Source: Candidatus Eremiobacteria bacterium
GTDB lineage: Bacteria > Vulcanimicrobiota > Vulcanimicrobiia > Vulcanimicrobiales > Vulcanimicrobiaceae
NCBI GenBank assembly: GCA_963737065.1
Contig: CAVTRC010000001.1
Coordinates: forward strand, 128,001-192,000
Length of the DNA stretch: 64,000 nucleotides
Direction of reading: 5' to 3'
Shown here: positions 30,621-42,480 of the stretch, piece after piece
How positions within the stretch are numbered: the first letter of the stretch is position 1
Layout of the letters: each line of letters starts with the position of its first letter
Position numbers and translations under genes: made by a program
The notes under the pieces: generated by a model
Database searches by the model: none
The model's input: only the letters and a program-made list of their open reading frames with translations
Told to the model about the DNA's origin: nothing

Positions 30621-31064
30621 TTAGCCGAGCTCTTGTTTCACGATCTCGCTGATCAGCTTGCCGTCTGCGACGCCGCGAAGTTGTGCGATCGCCGCTTTCA
30701 TGACGGAACCTTGGTTGACGGCCCCGTCGGGCAGTTCCGCAATAATCGTTTTGACCGTCGCCCGCACCTCGTCCGGCGATTTCTGTGCCGGCAAGTACAC
30801 CAACAAAATGTCTCGCTCCGCGCGTTCTTTGTCGGCCAGATCTTGACGGCGCGCTTTCTCAAACTCGGCGAGCGAGTCGTTCCGTTGCTTTACGAGCTTC
30901 TGCACGACGACGAGCTCATCGGCATCCGAAAGTTCACTGCCGGCTTCCGTCCGCTTGTACGTAAAGCCGGAAAGCGCTGAACGGAGCGTATCGAGGCGGA
31001 TTTGGTCGCGTGCCTTCATCGCCTCCTTGAGATCGGAGGAAATGCGGTCTTTCAACGCACCCAT
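30621..31064 (-). CDS. yqeY: GatB/YqeY domain protein
   Basis: LKDRISSDLKEAMKARD, KQRNDS..F...R.DLADKE, YLP. Confidence 0.92.
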   Translation of the reverse strand: MGALKDRISSDLKEAMKARDQIRLDTLRSALSGFTYKRTEAGSELSDADELVVVQKLVKQRNDSLAEFEKARRQDLADKERAERDILLVYLPAQKSPDEVRATVKTIIAELPDGAVNQGSVMKAAIAQLRGVADGKLISEIVKQELG

Positions 31065-31067
31065 GAA

Positions 31068-31238
31068 CTACGCGCGGCGTTTGCGAGCCGCCGCGGATTT
31101 CTTCTTGCGGCGCACGCTGGGTTTCTCGTAGTGTTCGTGCTTGCGCGCCTCGGCGAGAATCCCCGCCTTTTGGGTGGCCTTTTTGAAACGGCGCAGCGCG
31201 CTTTCGATCGATTCGCCTGGAGCTACGCGAACTTCCAT
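31068..31238 (-). CDS. rpsU: 30S ribosomal protein S21
   Basis: [24 protein letters not shown]. Confidence 0.97.
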   Translation of the reverse strand: MEVRVAPGESIESALRRFKKATQKAGILAEARKHEHYEKPSVRRKKKSAAARKRRA

Positions 31239-31326
31239 CGTTATATTGACCCCCCTTTCGCGCCATGCGAAGCACGGCAAAAAATTCTACCGGGCTCGGG
31301 GAGCCCGGTACCTGCCGTACTCTATC

Positions 31327-31665
31327 TTATCCCGGCGGCCATGTCAAATGACGCCCAGCGAGCACGTGCACGTGCGCGTGATCGACGGTCTGCCCACCAT
31401 CCGGTCCAGTATTGACGACGAGCCGATAGCCGTTGCTTGCGCGTTCGCGTGCAAGCCGCGCGGCCGTCGCAATCAGTTTTCCGATCAACGCAGCATCGCT
31501 CTCCGGCGAGAATTCTCCAATGTTGGCAATGTGGCGAACGGGCATGACGAGCAGATGCGTCGGCGCCTGCGGGTGTACATCGGCGATCGCGATGACGTCG
31601 CCGTCACGATAGAGCGTCTCTGCCGGAATTTCGCCCGCAATGATTTTGCAAAAAATGCAATCCAC
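31327..31665 (-). CDS. hinT: HIT family (HinT) nucleotide-binding protein
   Basis: DCIFCKI, HAHVHVL, WPPG. Confidence 0.95.
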   Translation of the reverse strand: MDCIFCKIIAGEIPAETLYRDGDVIAIADVHPQAPTHLLVMPVRHIANIGEFSPESDAALIGKLIATAARLARERASNGYRLVVNTGPDGGQTVDHAHVHVLAGRHLTWPPG

Positions 31666-31675
31666 TCGCTCGCTC

Positions 31676-33202
31676 CTATTTGATGACGAACGTCCAGGAC
31701 TTGGTGGTGGTATTCCCGGCCCGGTCGCCGACACGCACGGTGACGCGTATTTGTCCCGCGGGATACGTGTACTCGGGCATATATTGCACGTAACGCTCGG
31801 TGCGCACGGTGTTGGCCGTAACGTCGCGTCCGTTCACCCAAAGAATGATGCTGGAGGGATTCACGGGCACCGCTTCCGTTGCGAACGTGGCATAGATTGC
31901 GGGGCGGTTCGTGTTCACGACGGCATTTTGGTCGGGCGCAAAATCGTTGATCCCCGGGGGACTGCCGGCAACGGAAAGCGTACGCGGAGCCTGCGCGTCG
32001 GGCGCATCGGAATCGTCAACGCGTAAGTGCGCGATAATGGGAACGTCGCTGAAATTCGCGGCGCGCGGCAGACTATACGTGCCGACGTATATTCCCGGAC
32101 TGCGCTCGGCCATCGAAACGTTCGTCACATACGGCCCGATGTCGAACGTCGCCGCGCCGCGCGGCGTGCCGTGCACCGTGACGGTGATGGAGTCGCCGGC
32201 TTTCAACGGATGGTTCGCATCCAGATCGACGCTGGATATCGACGGCCCGGACGTCGTCGCTTGCGTCGCGGCAACGTTACGGCTGAGCAGGATTGAGCGC
32301 ACTTCATTGGTCTCGATGTTATACCGCACGCTCGCCATGTCGCCGACTCGTACGTCCGACATTTGCGCTGGCTTGCCGTTGACCGAGACCTGCGTCGTGC
32401 GCGACGGCGCGACGACGTGGCCGTCGGTCAAAACGAAGCGATCGGCGGTCGCTGCAGCCACCGCGCCGTAGTACGAACCGAACGCGTCCTCTACGCGCAT
32501 CACGTGGCCGTTCTTATCGATGTAGAGCCGTGCGAAGTCGCCGGGACGCACGTCGCCGAGCTCACCCGGACCCGTGACGTTCGCGTTCACGTCGTGCATT
32601 TCCACGACCGCATTGCGCGTGATCGGAATCGTTTTCACGGTCGCATTCGACGCGAGCGTAACGGTCGGCGGATCGGAGTTGACGTCGATCGCGGAGACCG
32701 TACCGAAGCGTTCGGTCTGATTGCCGTGCTGCACCACACCGGCATTGCTGCGCCCAACGAGTTCGGCATCGATTGAAACCGTGCTGGTGCGGCGATCGTA
32801 CGTCGCTTGCGCGCCGAGCACATCCGTGAAGAAGCGCAACGGCGCATAGAGGACGTATTTGATCTCTACCGGCGCGGCGTCGAGTACTAAGGTCGACGTC
32901 CCGTTATGCGCGAGCGTGCTGCCCAGCGTCAGCGAGACGACGTTTGCACCGACTTCCGTCCAAATCAATTTTCCGGAACGATTGAACTGCAGTCCGAGCG
33001 CCTCGATCGTGCGGCGTACCGGGACGAATAGGCGCCCGTTGATAAACTTGGGCGGTGGCTCGAGAGGCAGGCGCGCATTGTTGATGACGATCGAAATGCC
33101 CGGCGGCGGCGTCGGTGTGGCCTTCGGCATCGGTTTTGCCGGCGGCGCCGCGCCGGTGAGCGCGATCGCTAAAACGAGCGCAAGGGCGCGGGTCGCCTTC
33201 AC
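31676..33202 (-). CDS. Secreted protein with copper-amine-oxidase-like N-terminal (stalk) domain and Ig-like domains
   Basis: Signal peptide, GRLFVPVR..IEALG, YAPLRFFTDVLGA, DRAGNTTTKSWTF. Confidence 0.8.
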   Translation of the reverse strand: MKATRALALVLAIALTGAAPPAKPMPKATPTPPPGISIVINNARLPLEPPPKFINGRLFVPVRRTIEALGLQFNRSGKLIWTEVGANVVSLTLGSTLAHNGTSTLVLDAAPVEIKYVLYAPLRFFTDVLGAQATYDRRTSTVSIDAELVGRSNAGVVQHGNQTERFGTVSAIDVNSDPPTVTLASNATVKTIPITRNAVVEMHDVNANVTGPGELGDVRPGDFARLYIDKNGHVMRVEDAFGSYYGAVAAATADRFVLTDGHVVAPSRTTQVSVNGKPAQMSDVRVGDMASVRYNIETNEVRSILLSRNVAATQATTSGPSISSVDLDANHPLKAGDSITVTVHGTPRGAATFDIGPYVTNVSMAERSPGIYVGTYSLPRAANFSDVPIIAHLRVDDSDAPDAQAPRTLSVAGSPPGINDFAPDQNAVVNTNRPAIYATFATEAVPVNPSSIILWVNGRDVTANTVRTERYVQYMPEYTYPAGQIRVTVRVGDRAGNTTTKSWTFVIK

Positions 33203-34220
33203 TTTCCCTCCAGCACTTCGGCGTACACGTCGGCAGTTGCACGCGCCGTACGATCCCACGTTAGCGTTCGCACTACGCTAGCCCCGCGTTCGACGAGATC
33301 GCGCCGGACGCTTTCATCCTCGAACACGCGGCGCATATGATGTGCAGCGGCTTCCGCGTCCCCGACGGCAAACTGCAGCGAGACGTTCGAAAGCGGCTCC
33401 GGAATGGACTCGTCGGTTGCAATAACCGGGCACCCGGATACGATCGCCTCCACGAACGGCAATCCAAAGCCCTCGAGCATCGCCGGATGCACGAGCGCGA
33501 TCGCGCCGGCATAATACGACGCGAGCGCGTCATCGGTGACATTGCCGAGCGCGATTGCCTTGCGCCGCGCGGTGGAGTACCGCTGTAACTCGCCGTTCAA
33601 ATCATCCGGGCCCGTCAAGTACAAATCAGCGTCGTACTGCGGCGGAAGCGAGGCCCAGGCGCGCAGGAGCGTCGGGATGTCTTTGTGCTTGCGATGGTTT
33701 CCGACGTTGAGAAAATAGGGCCGCTCGCCGCGAAATGGTTGTGCGCGATTGAAGAACCGCTCGCGCGGCGCGAGCGGCACGACGCGAACCTTTGCCGGAT
33801 CGACGTTGAAGTAGTGAACGAGGTCGGCGACCGTTCGACGATCGGACGTAATGATGCGCGCGGCTTTGCGGCACGCGCGCTTCACGACACTGTTGTAGTA
33901 CGGGCCGATGTAGCTCCGAAAGAACTGCACGAAGCGTAAATGAATCAAATCGTGAATCGTGAAGACGAAGCGGCCGTCCGCAAGCGCCGGCACATAGTGC
34001 GCCATGAAGTGCGCGAGCTCGATACGATCTCGCCACATTTCGAGCGGCAATACCACCTGCTCGGCAATGCCGAGGTTCTCGCCCTTCGTATACCTGATGT
34101 ACTCGAACTCGGGCGCCACGCGCGGCAACCGGGAAGCAACCTCGCGAATATAGGTCGCCATTCCAACCGAAACGCGCCGCCCGCAGCGCACATCAAGACC
34201 GACCTTACGGCGCAGCTGCG

Positions 34221-34224
<4 letters not shown>
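33199..34224 (-). CDS. Glycosyltransferase family 4
   Basis: FTIHDLIH, VGNHRKHKD, EGFGLPFVEA. Confidence 0.92.
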
Positions 34225-36646
<2,422 letters not shown>

Positions 36647-37483
36647 TTATGCCCGGTTTCGTACCTTGACGTACCGCCCTCGGTGGCCGTAATCCTTACC
36701 GATCGTGACCTCGGCTTGCGGGAAAGCCGCACGGGCGAGGGTTGCGAGCTCGGCGATGACCGGCGGTGCCGCTTCCATTAATAGAAGGCCGTCCGACGCC
36801 AGCAGCAGGGGCGCGTGCTGGAGAAGGCCGCGGTATCGCTCGAGCCCGTCGGGTCCGCCATCGAGCGCGATACGCGGTTCGAAGCTCACGGGGTCCGGCG
36901 CCGGCGCAATATCGTCCGTTGGAACGTAGGGCAAGTTCGCGACGATCACGTCGTAGAACGGACGCAAGGCCGGCGTCGATGCGTCACCGAGGAAAACCGC
37001 GAGCCGTTCTTCGATACCGAGGCGGCCTGCATTCGCCGTCGCGACGGCGAGCGCATCGGCTGAGACGTCGACCGCATCTACGCGCACGTTGTTCCCCGCC
37101 GCCGCGAGAATCGAGCACGCGATCGCGCCGCTGCCGGTTCCTACGTCGAGCACTCGCGAACGCGCTTTCCCTCCGATGAATTCCAGCGCTTCATCGACAA
37201 GATGCTCGGTTTCCGGACGGGGCACCAGCACGCGATCGTTGACGACGAACGAATGACCGTGAAATCCAACGCTGCCAAGAATATACGCTAACGGTTCGCC
37301 GCAAGCGCGCCGCGCGGCGTATTCGCGCGCCTGTCGGCGCATCTTCGCGCTGACTTCAGCTTCACCGAACGCGCGAAGCCACGCTTCCGGCCGTCGCATG
37401 AGATGCGAAAGAATCCGCTCGACATCCAAGGCGTCAACGCCCGTCTCCGACACGAGCAATCCGCGCAATTCTTCGACGGTCAC
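36647..37483 (-). CDS. prmC: Release factor glutamine methyltransferase
   Basis: GEPLAYILG, LVPRPETE, LDVGTGSG, NLPY. Confidence 0.96.
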   Translation of the reverse strand: MTVEELRGLLVSETGVDALDVERILSHLMRRPEAWLRAFGEAEVSAKMRRQAREYAARRACGEPLAYILGSVGFHGHSFVVNDRVLVPRPETEHLVDEALEFIGGKARSRVLDVGTGSGAIACSILAAAGNNVRVDAVDVSADALAVATANAGRLGIEERLAVFLGDASTPALRPFYDVIVANLPYVPTDDIAPAPDPVSFEPRIALDGGPDGLERYRGLLQHAPLLLASDGLLLMEAAPPVIAELATLARAAFPQAEVTIGKDYGHRGRYVKVRNRA

Positions 37484-37497
37484 CGGTACATTCGAAC

Positions 37498-38625
37498 CTA
37501 TACGGGTTGCGCTTCACCGGCCAAGAGTCGCGCTTGTTCGTCTTTCAACAAATCTCCGACGATCGAATCGATCGCGCCATCCATGATGCCCCGGATGTTG
37601 CCGTAGTTTTCGTTGATGCGGTGATCGGTGACGCGGTCTTGCGGGAAATTATACGTACGAATCTTCTCCGAACGATCGCCCGTGCCCACTTGGCTTCGGC
37701 GCAGCGATCCCATCGCTTCATCTTTTTCGCGTTGTTGCCGCTCGTAGAGCATCGCACGCAGCATCTGCATTGCCTTCTCGCGGTTCTGCGTTTGCGAACG
37801 CTCTTGTTGCGAGGCGACGATGATGCCCGATGGAACGTGCGTAATACGAATCGCTGATTCCGTCTTGTTGACGTACTGGCCGCCGGCGCCGGACGCTTTA
37901 TACGTATCGATCTGCAAATCCGAGGCCTTGATGTCGATGTCGACGTCTTCGTCGACTTCCGGCAACACCGCGACCGTCGCAGTCGATGTGTGGACTCGCC
38001 CTTGCGCCTCGGTTGCGGGAACGCGCTGCACGCGATGAACGCCCGATTCGTGCTTGAAATAGCGGTACGGCGATTCACCGCGCACGCCGAAGACGATCTC
38101 CTTGTAGCCGCCGGCGTCGCTCTCGTTTTCGGAGACGAGTTCGACTCGCATGCCGTGCGATTCGGCATATCGCATGTACATGCGCGCGAGATCGCCAGCA
38201 AAGATTGCAGCCTCGTCGCCGCCCGCACCCGCGCGAATTTCGACGAAGACGTCTTTGTTGTCGTTGGGATCCTTGGGAATCATCAACACGTGCAGTTGGT
38301 CTTCGAGCTCGTCACGGCGCGCGCGCAGTTCCTCTGCCTCTTCTTCGGCGAGTTCGCGCAGCTCGAGGTCGTCGCTCGTCTCGCGCAGCAGCGCTTCGTT
38401 CGCGCGCAAGCCGTCGAGCGTTGTACGATAGCGGCGATACGCGTTAACCGTCTCTTCCAACTGCGCGCGCTCCTTCACGAGCGCGGTGTACCGTGCCTGA
38501 TCGAAAACTTGTCCTGAGCCCGTCGAAGGGCCGCCGGCGGGGTTAGCCAAACTTGCTTCGATTTCATCGAAGCGTCGAACGGTGGAATCGAGTCGTGCGA
38601 GCACACTTCGTGTTAATTCAGCCAT
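37498..38625 (-). CDS. prfA: Peptide chain release factor 1
   Basis: PAT anticodon motif (RVPATE), GAGGQ, RTYNFPQDR. Confidence 0.97.
   Translation of the reverse strand: MAELTRSVLARLDSTVRRFDEIEASLANPAGGPSTGSGQVFDQARYTALVKERAQLEETVNAYRRYRTTLDGLRANEALLRETSDDLELRELAEEEAEELRARRDELEDQLHVLMIPKDPNDNKDVFVEIRAGAGGDEAAIFAGDLARMYMRYAESHGMRVELVSENESDAGGYKEIVFGVRGESPYRYFKHESGVHRVQRVPATEAQGRVHTSTATVAVLPEVDEDVDIDIKASDLQIDTYKASGAGGQYVNKTESAIRITHVPSGIIVASQQERSQTQNREKAMQMLRAMLYERQQREKDEAMGSLRRSQVGTGDRSEKIRTYNFPQDRVTDHRINENYGNIRGIMDGAIDSIVGDLLKDEQARLLAGEAQPV
38511..38530. repeat. Dispersed repeat copy inside prfA (encodes PSTGSG)
   Basis: gtcctgagcccgtcgaaggg matches the intergenic copy at 29193. Confidence 0.7.
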
Positions 38626-38647
38626 ATGCGTTTCACCGGGTTAAGAG

Positions 38648-38681
38648 CAAAGAAAAGACGAGCCGCAAGCACGGCTCGTCT
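38648..38681 (-). terminator. Intrinsic terminator after rpmE
   Basis: AGACGAGCCG/CGGCTCGTCT 10-bp stem followed by a T-rich tract on the minus strand. Confidence 0.75.
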
Positions 38682-38700
38682 CAAAGATATCTCCGGGCAG

Positions 38701-38973
38701 CTACGCTTCCGTTGCGGCCTTCTTCGCCTCTTTGGCGGCCTTGCGCGACGCAGCTTCCTGTTGCTTCTTCTCGGCCGCCGCGGCACGTTGGTTGAACTTG
38801 TCAACGCGTCCCGCGGTGTCGACGAGCTTCTGCTGGCCCGTGAAGAGCGGATGGCACGCGGAGCAAATTTCGACCGCGATCTCTTTCATCGTCGAGCCGG
38901 TCGTGAACGTATTGCCGCAGGCACAGTGAACGCGCGCCTCGGGGTACCAGTTTGGGTGAGTCTTCTCTTTCAC
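38701..38973 (-). CDS. rpmE: 50S ribosomal protein L31 (zinc-binding type A)
   Basis: [26 protein letters not shown]. Confidence 0.97.
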   Translation of the reverse strand: MKEKTHPNWYPEARVHCACGNTFTTGSTMKEIAVEICSACHPLFTGQQKLVDTAGRVDKFNQRAAAAEKKQQEAASRKAAKEAKKAATEA

Positions 38974-38982
38974 AGCCCCATG

Positions 38983-38991
38983 ATTATAGCA
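38983..38991 (-). promoter_or_regulatory. Extended -10 promoter element of rpmE
   Basis: TGCTATAAT, 9 nt before the GTG start. Confidence 0.65.
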
Positions 38992-39073
38992 GGGGTGTCA
39001 AAGCGACTTCGGTAGACGAGACGGCGCGACTCCGGCAAGCGTTATTAAGGTAAGCCAACCTCGGGAGGGATGA

Positions 39074-39577
39074 ATGAAGAGACTGTTCCTCGCCGGACTC
39101 GTCATCGGAGCGGGAGTGAGCGCTGCGATCGTCGCTTTCGGGGCGGCGCAGCCGGACGGCGCGATCATTCGCAACTCGGGATCGACGAACACGGCGGCGT
39201 ACAACATCAAGATCTGGTCCGACGGACGCGGCGAGATCGTCATGGGCCGCATGGGGGGCGCCGGTAAAAGCTTCACGGTCGACTCGTCGCTCGCGAAGAG
39301 CTTCTTCGACAACCTGAAAGCCGCGCGCGACGATCCCGGCACGCCGGGCCGGTGCATGAAGAGCGCGTCGTTCGGTACAGCTACGACCGTGCAGTGGCAC
39401 GGCTGGAACTCGTTCGACCTGCAATGCCCACCGTGGTCACAGCCGGTTCGAGCGCTGGCTTCCGACGTACGAGCAATTCAGGCCGCTGCGAATATCGACA
39501 CAGGTCTCCATCGCATTCCATTGCCGCGCGAGCCTCGGATGATTCCGTCAACCGCTCCCGAAATTTCGCCAACGTGA
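39074..39577 (+). CDS. Secreted hypothetical protein
   Basis: GGAGG RBS, signal peptide, NSGSTNT, CMKSASFGT...DLQCP. Confidence 0.8.
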   Translation: MKRLFLAGLVIGAGVSAAIVAFGAAQPDGAIIRNSGSTNTAAYNIKIWSDGRGEIVMGRMGGAGKSFTVDSSLAKSFFDNLKAARDDPGTPGRCMKSASFGTATTVQWHGWNSFDLQCPPWSQPVRALASDVRAIQAAANIDTGLHRIPLPREPRMIPSTAPEISPT

Positions 39578-40224
39578 AATATTCGGTTCTCGTTCTCACC
39601 GCGGCGCTTGCGCTTCTCGCCGTTGCGCCGCCGCCTCCGCCGCCACCGCCCGTTCCCGGATCGACAAACACGACGAATACGGTCACGCCGGGAACAGCCG
39701 CCTCAACGCCGCCGCCAAGCGCGCAATCGCCCGCGACTGCGCCGACGGACGATCCGAACGGTTCACTCAATAATCTTTTCGGACCGCCGAAACCCGCTAC
39801 GAGCGCGTCACCCGGTCCGAACGAAAGCGCAACACCATCGCCGCCACCCGACGATCGCAAAGGGCTCGACGGCGTGTGGGAATTGCAAATTCAGCGCGGC
39901 GCGAACACCGAATACGAACATTTCAATTTGAAGCAAACGGGATCGGCGATCACCGGCACGTATCTCACCCAAGACAAGAAAAAGTTTCCGCTCGCGGGTT
40001 CGATGGATGGGCGCAACGTTCGCCTCGTTGTTTCGCTTGCGAACGGCTCTACGATCCTGCTGGAAGGCCGCGTCGACGGGACGACGGATATGCTCGGCAT
40101 GTTGACGGATTCACAAGAGCGCGTACCGTTCACCGCGGCATATCGGCCGAAAGAAAAGTGGAGTGACAACGTCAACGCTCAACCGGGCGGAATTGGGTCG
40201 CCAAACGGTTATCCTCCGCAGTAA
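39574..40224 (+). CDS. Secreted Pro-rich hypothetical protein
   Basis: GTG overlaps the previous TGA; signal peptide, Pro linker, small beta domain LDGVWELQ. Confidence 0.75.
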   Translation: MKYSVLVLTAALALLAVAPPPPPPPPVPGSTNTTNTVTPGTAASTPPPSAQSPATAPTDDPNGSLNNLFGPPKPATSASPGPNESATPSPPPDDRKGLDGVWELQIQRGANTEYEHFNLKQTGSAITGTYLTQDKKKFPLAGSMDGRNVRLVVSLANGSTILLEGRVDGTTDMLGMLTDSQERVPFTAAYRPKEKWSDNVNAQPGGIGSPNGYPPQ

Positions 40225-40228
40225 CGTT

Positions 40229-40732
40229 CTACTTTGCTGCGAGTCGTCGCTCGACGTACGGAACGAGGCCACCCGAGTCAATTAATTCACGCATAAACGG
40301 CGGGAACTCGGCGGACTTGTACTCGGTTCCTTTCGTCGTGTTGCGAATGACGCCGCTCGCCGGTTCGACTTCGACGGCGTCGCCGTCTTCTATGCCATCG
40401 ACTGCCTCCGCCGATTCGAAGATCGGCAAGCCGATGTTCAGCGCGTTGCGGTAAAAGATCCGCGCGAAACTTTTCGCGATCACCGCCGACGTGCCGGAGC
40501 CCTTGATCGCGATCGGCGCGACTTCGCGGCTCGAGCCGCAGCCGAAATTCGTGCCGGCGACGATGATGTCGCCCGATTTCATTTTCGCCGTGTACTGCGG
40601 ATCGAGTCCCTCGAGTGCATGTTTGCCGAGTTCGACCGGATCGATGATGTTGCAGTACTTGCCGGGGATAATGACGTCGGTGTCGACGTTCTTTCCGTAC
40701 TTGTGTGCGGTTCCGTTCAGTTTGCTTTCCAT
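40229..40732 (-). CDS. leuD: 3-isopropylmalate dehydratase / homoaconitase small subunit (type 2)
   Basis: NVDTDVIIP, NFGCGSSRE, SFARIFYRN. Confidence 0.88.
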   Translation of the reverse strand: MESKLNGTAHKYGKNVDTDVIIPGKYCNIIDPVELGKHALEGLDPQYTAKMKSGDIIVAGTNFGCGSSREVAPIAIKGSGTSAVIAKSFARIFYRNALNIGLPIFESAEAVDGIEDGDAVEVEPASGVIRNTTKGTEYKSAEFPPFMRELIDSGGLVPYVERRLAAK

Positions 40733-42016
40733 CTATACTCCCGCCAGTTCTAAGACGCGGGGATCGGTGATTTTTCCGGTTAGTGCGGATACCGCGCACG
40801 TAGCGGGCGAGGCGAGATACACTTCGGACTTCGGCGAACCCATGCGGCCGACATAGTTACGATTCGTCGTCGAGATCGCACGTTCTCCATCGCCGAGCGT
40901 GCCCATATGTCCGCCGAAACAGGCGCCGCATCCGGGCGTATTCACGGCGCAACCCGCTCCCGCGAGCGTCGTAAGCACGCCTTCGGACGCCGCCTGCATC
41001 CAGACTTCTTGCGATCCGGGATTGACGATCACGCGAACGTTCGACGCGATCTTCTTTCCGTCGAGAATCTTCGCCACGATCCGCAGATCATCGATGTAGC
41101 CGTTCGTGCACGACCCGATGAAGACTTGATCCACTTCGATCTTGTCGCGCGCGACCTCGGAGATCGGATGCACGTTGTCCGGCGTGTGCGGGCAGGCGAC
41201 TTGCGGTTCGAGCTGGTCGACGTCGATTTCAATCGTACGCTCGTAGTTCGCGTCCGCGTCTGCGCGCTCGACGATGAACGGACGATCCGTACGCTCCTTC
41301 ACGAATGCAACGGCTTTTTCGTCGGCGTGGAAGATGCCGTTCTTCGCGCCGGCTTCGATTGCCATGTTCGCCATCGTGAAGCGGCCGGTAACCGAAAGAT
41401 TGTCGACCGTCGTGCCGTGATATTCGATCGCGCGATAGGTCGCGCCGTCGATCCCCAGTTCGCCGACCGTTCGCAACATGAGATCTTTCGCGTACACCAT
41501 GCGGCCGAGCTCGCCGTTGTAGACGATCTTGATCGTCCCCGGGACTTTCAACCACACTTCGCCGAGGACGAACGCTGCCGCGATATCCGTCGATCCCATG
41601 CCGGTCGCAAACGCGCCGAGCGCGCCGTACGTACAGGTGTGCGAATCGCCGCCGACGATAACCTCACCGGGTGCGACGAGTCCTTGTTGCGGCAAAACGA
41701 CGTGCTCGATCCCGCCGCGCCCGACATCGAAGAAATGCGTGATCTTCTGCTCGGCGGCGAAGTCTTTCATCAGCTTTGCGAGCTTTGCGGATTGCGCGTC
41801 TTTCGCCGGAACGAAATGATCCTCGACGAGCGCAATCTTGTCGCGATCGAAGACGGTCGAAGCGCCTTTCATGTTCCGCATAACGCCGATTGCAACGGCG
41901 GCGGAAAGTTCGTTTGCGAGCACCAAGTCGACGTTCGCGTTGATAATTTGGCCGGGCTCAATGCGATCGAGACCGGCGTGGCGGGCGAGTATTTTTTCGG
42001 TGAGTGTCATCCCCAT
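40733..42016 (-). CDS. leuC: 3-isopropylmalate dehydratase / homoaconitase large subunit (type 2)
   Basis: TLTEKIL, DSHTCTYGA, IGSCTNG, GCGACFG, TTNRNYVGRMG. Confidence 0.88.
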   Translation of the reverse strand: MGMTLTEKILARHAGLDRIEPGQIINANVDLVLANELSAAVAIGVMRNMKGASTVFDRDKIALVEDHFVPAKDAQSAKLAKLMKDFAAEQKITHFFDVGRGGIEHVVLPQQGLVAPGEVIVGGDSHTCTYGALGAFATGMGSTDIAAAFVLGEVWLKVPGTIKIVYNGELGRMVYAKDLMLRTVGELGIDGATYRAIEYHGTTVDNLSVTGRFTMANMAIEAGAKNGIFHADEKAVAFVKERTDRPFIVERADADANYERTIEIDVDQLEPQVACPHTPDNVHPISEVARDKIEVDQVFIGSCTNGYIDDLRIVAKILDGKKIASNVRVIVNPGSQEVWMQAASEGVLTTLAGAGCAVNTPGCGACFGGHMGTLGDGERAISTTNRNYVGRMGSPKSEVYLASPATCAVSALTGKITDPRVLELAGV

Positions 42017-42057
42017 AGGCAAGCGGTTCTTGGCGCATCGTGCAGAATCCCGGGCTC

Positions 42058-42480
42058 ATGATTCTCAGCTCGGCCGCCGAGCGCAAGGCACTTCTGGAGC
42101 GCAGTTCAACAGTTGCCGTAGTCGGTGCGTCCGCAAAACCGGACCGCCCGAGCCACGGCGTGTTTGCATACCTTCGCGCGCATGGCTACGATGTGACGCC
42201 TATCGCGCCGAAACTTGACGAGCTTCACGGGGTCAAGGCATACCCGAATCTCACCGCGTACGCCGCGGAGCGCGGTGCGCCGGACGTGGTTGACGTCTTT
42301 CGTAAACCCTCGGAGGTACTTCCGATCGTCGACGAAGCGGTCGCGGTCGGCGCCAAAGCGATTTGGTTTCAGCTCGGCGTGATCAACGAGGAAGCAATCA
42401 ACCGCGCAGATAGGGCCGGTTTAGCGGTCGTTGTCGACAAGTGTATGAAGGTGGAGCACCGTGATCGCGTATCCGGATGA
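42058..42480 (+). CDS. CoA-binding protein (YccU-like)
   Basis: VAVVGASAKPDRPS, DVVDVFR, IWFQLG, VVDKC. Confidence 0.92.
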   Translation: MILSSAAERKALLERSSTVAVVGASAKPDRPSHGVFAYLRAHGYDVTPIAPKLDELHGVKAYPNLTAYAAERGAPDVVDVFRKPSEVLPIVDEAVAVGAKAIWFQLGVINEEAINRADRAGLAVVVDKCMKVEHRDRVSG

